Shown piece by piece: positions 25,566-39,230 of a DNA stretch of 64,000 bases. Position numbers and translations under genes: made by a program. Origin of the DNA: the human T2T-CHM13v2.0 reference genome, Homo sapiens; NCBI RefSeq assembly GCF_009914755.1, contig NC_060937.1, one strand, 5' to 3'. The first letter of the stretch is position 1, and the number at the start of each line of letters is the position of its first letter. A model generated the notes under the pieces. That model saw only the letters and a list, made by a program, of their open reading frames with translations, did not search any database and had not been told where the DNA came from.

Positions 25566-26115
25566 TAGCTAGTGGCCTGCATATGTAGGGTGTTTTGTCT
25601 TTATTACAAACCACACTATAGTTAATGTCCTTACACGTGCATATTTTCATGAAAGTGGGAATGTATCTCTAAAAGAAATTCCTGGAAGTATAATTGCTGA
25701 GGAAAAAGTTACAGGCACTGAGCATTTTGGTTGACATTGCCACATATTTCTCTCTGTTAGTTGTGCCAGTTTACTCTCACACCAGCAGCTCAGACCACTC
25801 AGAGTCACTTGTTGCACACCTCCAGGGGCCTGTTTACGTGACGGTATCTGTGGATGGAGTTGTGCTGTGTCTGTAGCTCCTGGCCTATCCCTGCTTGATG
25901 CTAGCTCATTGCTCTTCTGCTACTGGGGCCCTTGGTAGTTTTTCAAGGGTCTGGGCTTTCTAACTTCAGATGGAGTAGATGGATGAATGAAATTCTCAGA
26001 TTCCCTCAGGCATCCTTTCTCCTTAGGGATTATGCACCACTGCAGAAAATAGCTGTGGTAAATAAAAGTAGAAAAATGAACTATGTGAGTTTAATGGTAC
26101 ACTGAAAACAAAGTA

Positions 26116-26750
26116 CAGATATCCCTCGGTATCCATAGGGAATTGGTCCCAGGACCCCCTGTGGCTACCAAAATGCACAGATGCTCTAGTCTCATATATA
26201 AAATGGCATAGTATTTGCATATAACCTATGTACATTCTCCCATATACTTTATTTATGAATTTATTATTATTTTTTGAGACAGATTCTTGCTCTTTTGCCC
26301 AGGCTGGAGTGCAGTAGCACAATCATAGCTCCCTGCAGCCTCTAATTCCTGGGCTCCAGTGATCCTCCCACCTCAGCCTCCCACTTTGCTAGGACAACAG
26401 GCACACACTACCACAGCTGGCTAACTTTTTAATTTTTCGGTAGAAACAAGGTCTCATTATGTTGCCCAGGGTTGAACTCCAGTGATCTTCCCTCTTTGGC
26501 CTTCCAAAGTGCTGAGATTATAGGTATGAGCCACCACACCTGGCTATCCTGTATACTTTAAATCATCTCTACATTACTTATAATACCTAATACAGTGTAA
26601 ATGCTATATAAATAGTTGTTATATTATATTTTAAAATTGTATTATTTTTTATGATTGTATTATCTTTTAATTTTATTTTTTTTTCCAAAGGTTTTCACCC
26701 CTCCATTTGTTGAATCCAGGATGTGGAACCCATGGATAGAGGGCTTACCG
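26116..26750. mobile_element. MER2 (TcMar-Tigger MITE) split by an Alu
   Basis: CAGATATCCCTCGGTATCCAT...ATGGATAGAGGGCTTACCG inverted termini with TA flanks. Confidence 0.85.
26252..26545 (-). mobile_element. AluJ-type
   Basis: Reverse Alu inside MER2, with TATACTTTA duplicated on both sides. Confidence 0.87.
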
Positions 26751-27164
26751 TATTTAGAATAGAATATGTGAATCCCTATATAGTAAGCCCAGTCTTCATT
26801 CACCAACACTTTTTTTATAAGAACTTCATAAAGGATGATAAGAAAATCAGATTATGAAATTTCTTAGAGGTCTACTCTCTGAGTTCTTAAATCTGGCCTG
26901 CTTTATTTTAGACGCCAAACATATGGCCATAGCTCATTATATGCTTAAATGCTGATGCATTTCAAAACCATTGATGCTACTCTGTGAAGGACCTGAGAGG
27001 AAATTATAGTAAGATATATGGTTAGAAAGATAGAAGCTGTAAAGTGAAATTCTGACCTTTAGAAAGAGCTGCCATAAACTTTAAAGAAATCAATGTGTTT
27101 GTTAAGAGCTATATTTAAGTTTCCTTTTATGTATTTAATATATATCAACATATTTGTATATATT

Positions 27165-27521
27165 CAAGTTGAGCATCCCTCAACTGAAAATCGGAGATCC
27201 AAAATGCTCCAAAACTGGAAACAGTTTGAGTACTCGCATGACACCATAAGTAGAGAATTCTACACATGGCACATTGGATTTCCGATGGCTCAGTATGCAC
27301 AACCTTCATTTCATGCACAAAATTATTAAAAGTCGTATTTAAAATTACCTTCAGCCTGTGTGTATGAGGTGTATGTGAAACATAAATGAATTTCATGTTT
27401 AGACTTGTGTCCCATCCCCAAGATATCTCATTAAGCATATGCAAATATTTGAAAACCTGAAAAAATCTGAAATTTGAAAGACTTCTGGTCCCAAGCATTT
27501 CAGATAAGGGTACTCAGCTTA
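27165..27521. mobile_element. Tigger4/MER46-type MITE
   Basis: CAAGTTGAGCATCCCT...GGTCCCAAGCATTTCAGATAAGGGTACTCAGCTT. Confidence 0.85.
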
Positions 27522-27560
27522 CACTGGTGTATGTGTATATGTCTATTTCAAATATACATG

Positions 27561-27893
27561 CAATGAGATGCCAGAGCCAGCTTTTATTGGCCCACAAGAG
27601 CCAACTGTTACATTTTTAGGCATTTTTCTTTTATTTCTTTTTTTTCTTTTTTTTCTTTTTTTTTTCAGTTTTGCCCAGGTTGGCCTCGAACGCATAGCCT
27701 TGCCTCCTTATGTGCAAGGACAACTGGCAGGAGCCACCGCAGCTCTCAATTTTTAGGCATTTTTCAAGGAGTTGTCCTGATATTCATAGGTTGAAATCAA
27801 CCAAGGTAAGAGTGTTTATATAACAGAAATTGGCAAATACTTAAAACCAGGGCGTTACTTCCTGGAAAGCTGATTGTTACCAGCCTACCACTG
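27561..27893 (+). mobile_element. MER63A-like (hAT-Blackjack), split by a short retroposon
   Basis: GAGCCAGC...CAAGAGCCAACTGTTA...CAGAAATTGGCAAA...ACCAGCCTACCACTG. Confidence 0.7.
27628..27748 (-). mobile_element. ASR/snaR-like short Alu-left-monomer-derived retrocopy
   Basis: About 83-nt body GAGAGCTGCGGTGGCTCCTGCCAGTTGTCC...GTTCGAGGCCAACCTGGGCAAAACTG, an A-rich tail, and a 16-bp TSD ATTTTTAGGCATTTTT (27612-27627 and 27749-27764). Confidence 0.75.
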
Positions 27894-28224
27894 TACATGT
27901 GTGTGTATAGTCTATACTCTATCTAAAAATGAAGACACCTTCAGAAATATTAAAACTAATTTGTTTTTGTTTACACTGTCTGATTTCCAATAAGCAGGAA
28001 AAAGTAGTAATTAGTTATGTTTTACTTTTTTCACCAAAGCCTTATTAATGCATTACAGATTAATTTTACCTACCACAAGTGTATCATGATAGTTTCTAAT
28101 TAAATTGTGTATAATTTCTGGTTGTGAATTTTTTATGCTAAAACAATCTCTTACAAATAATACATTATAGACGCACTAACAGCATGATTTGCTAATATTC
28201 ATGGTGGTAGCTCATGACCTTAAC

Positions 28225-28237
28225 AGGACAAAGGTCA
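28225..28237 (+). promoter_or_regulatory. DR1 nuclear-receptor element (PPAR/RXR, HNF4 or COUP-TF type), motif only
   Basis: AGGACA-A-AGGTCA, identical to the classical acyl-CoA oxidase PPRE core. Confidence 0.35.
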
Positions 28238-31200
28238 TCAAATATTTGATCATAGGAATCAAGAAAACTGGCAGAAATGATGCTGTAAAGTTAAGAAACA
28301 TGTGCTTCAAAAGTAGAAGGAGGTTGAGTTCGTAAGACCCAGTACGTTCATTAATACAAAGGAGGAAAGGGAATAAATACTGTTAGGATTCATATGGCCA
28401 ATATTTAATTGCCTCCATACAGCATAGCCTATGTTTTAAGTGCTTTGAGTTTGAATATAGAAGCTGAGGGCATTCGGGCATGAATATTTTGTAATATGCA
28501 TATACAGTTTGTATTAAGGTTTTCTCTCAATAGAATAAGGAAGAATGACTGTTATTCAGTTAAATATAGTTAATGTTAATAACTTGATCAGAATTTAAGG
28601 AGATTAAATGTCAGAGTTAAGGGCCTGTTGGTAAATATCACTTATAGAAGGCAGAAATAATAGAGAATTACATATAGCCTTGTGGCTTTTGCCACTCTAT
28701 AAGTAGTAAAATGTGATTTATTATTCTGTATTCTGTCGTGTATTTCTCAAGAGGCACAAAGAAATGATGACTTAGAATTCCTGCATAAAAATGAACTGAG
28801 AGACTCATGCTTTCTGGATATGAAAGAGATTATAAACAGACTATAACACCTACTTTAGTTTATTGCTTACTGATCTATAAAGAAAATAACTTGTAAAACC
28901 CAAATTAAGCAGGAGTAATGATAGTTCACTAATAGCAAAAGCCAGCTGTGCTGGTTTCCTTTAATAGTGATATTGTAGTATTAAAATGTGGAGATTTACA
29001 TGTTAGATCTTTGTAAATATAAAGAAGATTTACTTCTTAGGATCTTGATGAATTCAAGTTTGTTACAACCTATTTCATTTAAGGATAAAAATTTTTAGAA
29101 ATGCAATTTTCTCTTAAATGAAAATTTAAGATTGGACTAATGTAGATCTTCCAAAAAGATATGCACCAATGCCATTAAAAGCATTGGAGCTGCTACCTTG
29201 ATCTCTTGGATCACTCATTCATCGTTTTCCACAGGAGAGGGTTTTTTTTTTTTAATTTACTATAGACTTTAATTCTTCATAAAGAAATTCACGCCAGTTT
29301 TCCTCTTTATATATTGGAAGATTCACGTGAAATTACAGCTAAATTTTCACTTTGCATGCTAGAAGCTTCAATTCCTTTGCCCTTACCTTTGATGTTTTAT
29401 TTCTAAATGATCTTATATAAGTGAAGGCCCTTTATGATTATAAAGAGCTACACAAATGTGTGATATTATTTTCAGTCACTATAAATTTTCTCAATGCCTA
29501 ATTTCAGAATTGTAGGACTAAGATATTTTATATGGTCTTTGGTTTTGGGAAACAATGCCAAATATTGTTGAAGTATTATCTACTGCTTTCCATCCAAAGC
29601 CAATATGACCTGGCCAAAGTAACAGGCTATTAGATCATATACCTACATTTTCATCTTCTTGTAGAAACAAGAGATTTTATATTTTTTTAGGGACAGATGA
29701 AAAAGAAAAAATATGCTTAGATGGGCAGACATGTAGTTCTTGGGGAAAAAATGTGTCATTATAGCTCTCTCTGTAGAGATATATGTTGCTGAGCATGTTT
29801 TCCATACTTGTTAAGACTGAATACTGTTTTACTTGATTTACTCATTCATTGTAACCTTAGTAACTAGCCCCTTAATATAGATTGCATCCATTTTGATCTA
29901 AAAATAAATGATTATATTTGCATAGTTTTCTCAGGGCTCATTTTTAGCATTTTATGTATCATAAAAATATTTTAAAGTGGGTTATATGCATTTCTATAGG
30001 GAAAAAATAATTATGAGAGGATTATTTGCAAAATAGATTTATCTGTTGTTGAACATACACTGAGACACTCTTAGGCAGTTGGTATGTAGTGCTTGGAAGG
30101 GAGACTTTCCAATGCCATTTGGTCAAGACTGGTCCCGCCTGTATGTTTACAGGTGTGTTGATCTGTAACGAAAACTCTGCCCAGTTCATATAGACAATCT
30201 ACAAAGTAGAGATTATAGAAACAAGTCTTGAATAATCTCCATTTAGAATATTAAAATATGAATATTTGAGTACCCGGTCAGTGAGAAAAGCTACAGAATG
30301 TGAGCTATGGCTTTCAGGGCCTGAGAATACAGCAATGAATCTGCAAGTACAGTTCCTGCCTGCAGGGAAATGAAGTGTGGAAGAGAGTCGATGGAGCCTT
30401 TCTTGCTACGTAAAGACCAATTCTCGGTGAATTTAGGAAAGAGAGTAGTGGAATGCCTCCTCTAAGCACTTGACTAATTTTATGTTAGTGCTGTTTGCTG
30501 CATCTATATTGGACTTCTTTGGAAGCACGTGCATATGAGCTTCCTTGATAAGATTGCCTAAGGGAAGCCAGAGAGGTCTTTTCAGAATGTCATTCCCCTG
30601 GTTCAGACAGGGGAATGCCTCTAGAAAGACATCATTGCTCAACCTTCCACTCCCAATCTGCTGACCACAAGCCCCTGTGTCCCAAGACCCACTTCTATGC
30701 TCTCTTCTCTGCCTCCCTTTCCTTCAACAAGTTCCCTGCTGTGCATTCTTCGAATTTAGCTCAAGCCTCCTGTTCTCTAGGAATCCTGACTGGAGCTTTG
30801 CCAAGGTCAGAACCTCTTTTCTTCCCCTTTTAAAGTCTTTTCTGGGGAGCATTAGTTACGATTGTCATACTCACACTTAGTTGAAACAAATAAGGTAACA
30901 ATTATTAAATTTACAAAATATATAAAATAAATTAATGTTTTATCATTGAAACAGAGAAGAATCAGGTTAAAGGTAGGTTTGGAAAGACATAGTTGACCTA
31001 GAGAGAAGATGCGTTTGTCTAGCAATATTATTTTCAGAGTGATTATGTACTCGATGAAAAGTTTGGAGGCATGTCACAAGTTTGGAAATAATCTAATGTT
31101 GTATTGACTTTTCAGGGTTCTATTAGTGAAAACACAAGCAAACTAAATTTTGATATATTAAGACAGATGTATAAAGCCTATAATTTTTGAAATCAGTATC

Positions 31201-31492
31201 CACCTGACATTTATCTCTCATTCCATCAGCTGAACATTTGGATATTGATTTCTAATTTTGTATTTATCAATATAATGAATATTGACTGCCATAATGATGT
31301 CTCAATGACATTTCGCAGCCCTAGAGTAACTTACAAATAAAGAAGTAGATTAAGGCCTTTGCAATTCTATTGTCCTGTGTTTCTTATTGTAATTCTGTCT
31401 GCCTTTCTCCCACCTTCTTTTGCTTTTTCTGTTTCAATTAATAACTTGCTAGAAGATCAACAGAAGCCAACTGTATAGAAATATTTGTGGTA

Positions 31493-31759
31493 GGCCGGAC
31501 ACGGTGGCTCACGCCTGTAATCCCAGCACTTTGGGAGGCCAAGGTGGGCGGATCACGAGGTCAGGAGATCAAGACTATCCTGGCTAGCACGGTGAAACCC
31601 CGTCTCTACTAAAAATACCAAAAAAAAAAAAAAAAAATTAACGGGGTGTGGAGGCGTGAACCTGGGAGGCAGAGCTTGCAATGAGCCTAGATTGCGTCAC
31701 TGCACTCCAGCCTGGGCGACAGAGCAAGACTCCATCTCAAAAAAAAAAAAAAAAAAAAA
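31493..31759 (+). mobile_element. AluY-like with internal deletion
   Basis: TSD GAAATAT(T/G)TGTGGTA. About 50 bp of the right arm are missing. Confidence 0.9.
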
Positions 31760-31776
31760 GGAAATATGTGTGGTAT

Positions 31777-31817
31777 GATATGAGTAAGTTTAAAAGAGAT
31801 ATGAGTAAGTTTAAAAG
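31777..31817. repeat. 21-bp tandem duplication
   Basis: GATATGAGTAAGTTTAAAAG(A) twice. Confidence 0.9.
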
Positions 31818-31827
31818 TCCCCACACA

Positions 31828-32113
31828 GCTGGGCATGGTGGTTCTTGCCTGGAGTCCCAGTCTTTGGGAGGCTGAGGATTGCTTGAGCTCAGGAATTCCA
31901 GCACAGCCTGGGCAGCATAGTAAGACTATGGCTCTCAAAAAAAAAATTAGCCAGGCATGGTGGCATGAGCCTGGAGTCACAGCTACTTGGGAGGCTCAAT
32001 TGGGAGGATTGCTTGAGGCCAGCAGTTCAGGGTTGCAGTGAGCTGTGATTATGTCACTAATCTCCAGCCTGGGTGATAAAGTGAGACCTTTTCTCCTTAA
32101 AAAAAAAAAAAAA
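31828..32113 (+). mobile_element. AluJ-type
   Basis: Diverged dimer. TSD AAAAG(T/G)CCCCACA. Confidence 0.85.
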
Positions 32114-35100
32114 AGGCCCCACATCACCTAAGATTTTATGTTGCTTCTCCTCAATTAAACATGGTATGTTTCTCACTTTTTCTGAGGTTTAAATATATGA
32201 GTTTATGTCTATATATACATGTACATAATTACATGTGTATATCTTTATAGATATGTAGATAATATTTATATAATATCAAGGGTTCAGAGAGTGTGCATTA
32301 TAAAGCAATGTGCTTTTTACTCCACTTAACAGAGAATTAAACATTGTTTTATTTCTGTATACCTGGAACATGTTTTCTCCTCTTCTCTGTAAATTGCTTC
32401 CAAATCCAAAATGCTTTTGAATTCTACTTATAGTTCTCACTGAAGCATTTCCAGAATCCCTTATTTAGAAGCCTCTTCTGCCTTTTATACCAGGCTCCCA
32501 TACATTTTATATCTCTGTCCTAGCATTTTCACATTTTCCTTCTTTTAAAATTTATGTTTATTTTCCTCAAAAAAAAAAAAAAGCTCCAAGTGGACAGTCC
32601 CCCCAGTGTGATATGTAAACTTTTGAGCTTTACAGAGTCAACAACAACACTGCCTCTCCTTCACTTCCATAGTTTAGCACCAGATGAGAAGCAGTATAGA
32701 AAAGACAGATAAATGGAGATTAAAGTGACAGATGGAGATTAAAGCTGATTGTAGGTCTGTATTTAGATCTTAGGTTGAAAGGGCTTTCTGCCAATTTCCA
32801 GCAGAATTTAATAGACTTGCACCCGTAGTTAATGGTACATCTGGACAATCAGAAGCCTCTGCTGTGTTCCTTCTGGGCAAAAAGCAGAAGAGAAAGCAAA
32901 TTCATTCAAGGGGCAGGGAGTGTTTGTGTTGCAAGCCTGGTTCCTACTTCTAATAATCATTCCTCCTTCCCTAGGTAGAATTGACTGACAGAGCAGGAGA
33001 GAGGCCTGGCGTATTCTAACAGAAATGTCTCTACAGGAAACTTTAGGGCTAGGGAAAGAAAGTTCTACTCCACTGTAGACCTCCTATCTCTTGACCTTTA
33101 TCTTCTGCTTTGTGTAATTTTAACTCAACTACGTTACAAAACATTGGTTTAATGATCAAATCTTCTATTTGTCTCCCTGTGCTGCCTGCCCTCCCCCAAG
33201 ACAGTGAAGGTATTGTCTGGAAAACACTGAAGAGAAACTTTTCATTCTGAAACAACTAAGGTTTAAGGCAAAAGTATTCAGACATCTTTGACTATCAAAA
33301 TTACATCCTAGATAAACCCTAAGACAGTTGATAAAATGAAGGCGTGACATGTATCAGATACAGCTTTAGAGTATAGATGTACTCTTACACAGAGATCTAA
33401 AAGTAAAACATATGACTGGAAAGGGACTGTATAAGTAAATAATACAACCATGCTTAGAATTCTTGAGGACGATCAAGTGAGTGGTTTAAATATTTACTTT
33501 ACTCAGCTTTTTCTTGAGCTTGAGCAAATCAGTAATACTATTTATTAGATACAGAAGTGAATTTTGCCTGGAATATCATAGAATTTGGAAAGAAATATGA
33601 ATAAAATATCCCAACCTTTTGAGTATTCCAAGTGATGTTTTATAATGAGAAATAGTAATACTTGGTAGACAAAGAACTGATTTTCCTTTCATAGACTGTT
33701 AAAATTTAATTATAGTGCTTTTCAGAATAAAGAACCAAGACTTGCTGACTACCATGGCAGACCATTAATTAACTCCTTTAGTTACTTACAGTAATCATAA
33801 CTAATAAACTATATGACATTACATCTTAAGTTTTATAGATTCTGGAGTCAAGTTTGTTTTGTGCTGTGCTGATGGGATTATAGTCATTTATTGAATATCA
33901 AGAGGTAGTTAATTTTTTTTTTGCTTGTATTAGGGAAAAATAAGCTGTAGTTTTTTACTTGATATGAATTCTTCATTTGATAATGGGGTAAATTGGATTG
34001 TATAAACTAGACCACTTTGGGGCATATTATTTCTGAAATGTGACTAGTTTGAATAAGATAATTATAGTTCAGTGGTAATTTTAATGACTTAGCTTTGGGG
34101 ATATGTAAGTTGTCTTTAGATGGCAGATTTACCAAATGAATAAGATAAACAAAACTAAAACTGGTTAGGGATTTAACCATGATATATAAATTTATTTTAC
34201 ATTCTAACTTGCCTTTTAAAAATTCCAATGATAGTCACTTCATTTGAGAAATAATTTATAGACCAATGAATGTGAAAAATTTTAAGCACTGAAATTTGAG
34301 AGGAAATTGAAGAATGAGGTGATTCATTGTCTGTGTGTATATATATATATATATATAACTTAGAAAATGTTTGAATGGTATGATTAGAATGGAGTCATAG
34401 TGTTTTGCAAAACATGGATTGTTGAAATACAAAAATCCAGGTTTTGAAGATTATTAAATAATTCATGTAAGATATCAGAGTGGAGCTCCAACAATTTGTT
34501 CTACTCTTATTTGGATATAATGTCTGTGAGTGATTCCGTAAATGAGGTTATAAATATTCATCTATTTTATCACTGGCAATAGCTGAGAATCTCTGAACAG
34601 ACAGTGGACCACAGAATTCAGACCCTCTATGCCTGTGCCTATCCATTGACTTATCCAACTTTATTTCCATGTTAGATACCAGCAGTTCAGAAACATTTGT
34701 ATTTCCCAGCTGCGGAAACAGAATTATGCTTCTTTCTATTAGGATTTGAAAAAGCTGGTATTTGATTATCCATAAAATGCAGTAAGGTGGTAGGTTTTAT
34801 TCTCATTAAAAATGTAGGACAAAGGAAAAATAGGCAGTGTTTAAGGAAAAGAAGTTTTTTACCCTTCTCAACAAAAGCTGAAATGCAACAAAAGCCGAAA
34901 TGACCTGAAATGCAACCTGTAAAGTCAAATGTGAATACACTGTATGCTAGAAAGGCAAATTGTCTCCTGAGGACTAGGAAAAACCTTTTAGTTCTCTCTG
35001 ACATCTAGGAATATGTTTTCCAAGTGATTTTTACAAAAAGATAGTCTGAATCATATCTAGGTAAAAAGAATTGCACTTTAAGAGAGATATTATAAACATT

Positions 35101-35202
35101 GAACACATAATCCATTAGTATTATTTCAGTTGTAATAATAGACATACAATCCTTTGCTGATAGAACTCGTTTGCCTAAAAGTTAAAAAAAGTACTGTACA
35201 TA

Positions 35203-35524
<322 letters not shown>

Positions 35525-35602
35525 TTACTGTTTATCATAGAAATTTTAGGTATTTTGATGTTGTGGATTTCTGTGCATGATACTCCCTTTAAGATCAACT
35601 GA

Positions 35603-35919
<317 letters not shown>

Positions 35920-37307
35920 GACTGCCTCATTTTTTAAGGGAAATGAGTTAAGCTGTCTTCCTACAGCTTAAGAAATTTAAAACTTTAAAAGCGAGTGGTA
36001 AAAAGCAGTCACCTACAGATGTATTCATTAATTCATTCAATCATTATCTACTAAACATGAACTACATTTAGGGTATTGTATTATGGAGTCCCTAAGGTAT
36101 TCATTTTGGTGAGCAATGCCACATAAACAATGAGTAATGTGTCATTGGGGGAATGTGGTAGGTTCATTCGGAAAGTGATATGAATGATTTATTGCCCCCT
36201 TAAGTGTCCTTTAAGTATCAATACAAAAATAATTCTTCTACTATCAATATATTGAATTTTATGCTATAATGAATGAATTTCAAAAGAGGACATGATCCTT
36301 TGCCACATAGAGATTTCATTCTAAAACATTTACAGTATTGCTATATTCATTCACTTATTTATATATTACATGGTTACTACATACTAGGCATTTTGTCAGG
36401 TATCTTAAATCAAATGTCATATACAGAGCTCCAAAAGGAGACTATTTTCATCTGAAAAACTATTACAAATAGAACCTGCCTTCAGATAATTCAAGTTATT
36501 TATTAGGATTTTCTCCCTTAGAAGTGGTCTATGATTTTATGCTATCAGAATGGTTTAATGTATGAAATATCGCTTTCGTAAATATAGTGCAAAAAATATA
36601 TCCACTGTTTTTGAAATTTTCTGAATGAGTGTTAATGGACATGTATATTAGTAATACATCAAATTCTAATTTTGATATAATTTCCTGTGCTTTCAAAGTG
36701 CTTTAACATAGTAATGTTATATCACAAATTAGGGTCTTACCTAAGATTGCATAAAAGACTAAGGGAAAAATGTTATATAAAGAATTAGAAAGGATTTATG
36801 GTTAGACACTGGAAAGACTGAATCACAAGATTACATATCAAAAATTGTGAGTGCATATTCCAGCCTACTGAATTTAAGTACCTGGGCAAAATATTGAGAA
36901 ATATTACAGGTCCTGCTTCCAAACTGGGAAAGCCTCTTCTGATTATAGACTAACCTGTCTGCCAGCTCTGACATGTTGCAAACAGATGCTGTAACTCATT
37001 GAAACTCTTTTCATCTTATTGGAGGAAGACTGTTTTAAAGTTCCTAATGGTTATTTTTCTAAAAATGGTTCATTTAAGATCTTAATTGGGTACATGAAAT
37101 GGCTTTTTCTGTCATTGATCCTAGTACGTGCACATGTGCAACATGTACAAAAAGATCCTTTTGTTTTAGACCTTACGGAATTTTATGAGGCATGGAAATG
37201 AGGAGAAGAGAGCCTCATTCTTCAGAATACTATGTTTGACTAGATAGTAAAGAGGGATCTCAACAGACCTCAAACATAATGTAAGTGGGAGCACAGGAAT
37301 CAATTAG

Positions 37308-37998
<691 letters not shown>

Positions 37999-38279
37999 GA
38001 GAATTTTTAAGTATTTTATGTTCAGTGACCAGGGTAAAACCATTTACCCTTAGTCAAGCAAGGGTCAAGGAAAGGCATGGAGCCCCAAGTGGAGGGAAGA
38101 TGAAAAAGAAAGTCCGGAAGGTTCTCCCTGGTCACAGACTGAGCTCTGGGCTTAAACTTGCTCATTTTGGGGTTTTGAAAAAGTCAAATGAACTAACAAG
38201 GATCCCTTTTAACTCTGATGTGAAGTACTTTGAGTTTAGTCAGGAGCACACAACTTAAGAAATGGCAGAAGCTCTGGCC

Positions 38280-38284
<5 letters not shown>

Positions 38285-38316
<32 letters not shown>

Positions 38317-38344
38317 TGTGTGTGTGTGTGTGTGTATGTGTGTG
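38285..38344. repeat. Compound (AG)n(TG)n microsatellite
   Basis: Read directly. Confidence 0.96.
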
Positions 38345-39024
38345 ATAGAGGCACAGGAGAAGAATCCCTGTGAATGGATGGAAGACATGCAGTCCCGGCC
38401 ACATGTGTGCCTGGGTGTGAAGGCAGCCTTGAAGAGGAACAAATATAGGGTGGGGGTAAGGCAGCTCTTGGGACTCGGGGACGGAGGTGGTGCATGGAGC
38501 CACCAGGCAGTGGCTTGCTGCTGGCTTTTATCCCTTTCCTCGGGAGTACCTGGGATGTGTGGGGCCTGAGGCCTGGTGAAAACCTCACTCCCTGGGCAGG
38601 GATTCTGTAAATAACAGCCGCAGTCCATCCTGGAGCTTCTTAGATGTGTGGTTCTTGTTTCTTTCCAGCTTACTTCTTTTCCTGCTATTCTCTTAGGTGA
38701 CTTGCAAAGAATTTCTATTTTCTGTCCATTTAATCTGCCTTGTACAAATAAAACCCTGTATTTCGACAGTTTTTGAGGCAGTAGAGATTATAATCAATGC
38801 TTCTAAAATAGTCAGAAACCAGAAATGGAGTCATTACATGGTTTCTTTGGGAGAAAGGGAACCCCAGGGAGGGAAATTTTTCCTCAAAATTGTCTCCCTG
38901 TTACATTTCCTATAAGCCCTCTGCCGATTCCTAAATGAATCATTTTCTTCTTATTATTACATTACTTATGATGTGTTGCAAATAATTTTACCGTGGGTGA
39001 AGGAATTTACGAACACACTACTGA

Positions 39025-39230
39025 GGTGAAAAGAAAGTCCTGGGTTTAGTGCTGGTTTTACAAGTAATTTAGACTGGTGACCATTACTCAATCAATTTAA
39101 TCTCCCTCTGTCTCAGCATCACATCTATAAAACGATGAAGACAATATCTGCCAACCTAATTAAGAGTTGTAAGGATCAAGTGAAATAATGTCAAGGAAAG
39201 TGCTTTATAAATTGCCAGACACTATACAAA
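39025..39230 (+). mobile_element. MIR
   Basis: TTAATCTCCCTCTGTCTCAG...CATCTATAAAA...GTTGTAAGGATCAAGTGAAATAATG. Confidence 0.6.

Larger units (their letters stand above)
24480..25790 (-). mobile_element. Old L1ME-type 3' fragment split by an LTR insertion
   Basis: TATTCCACTGTACAAATATATCATA before the LTR and AAATTCCTGGAAGTATAATTGCTGAG after it continue one L1ME-like sequence. Confidence 0.55.

Noticed and set aside
38236-38628. 130-aa and 101-aa minus-strand ORFs
   Set aside because: They are kept open by the HT/SL-encoding microsatellite and local GC richness, with no domain similarity.
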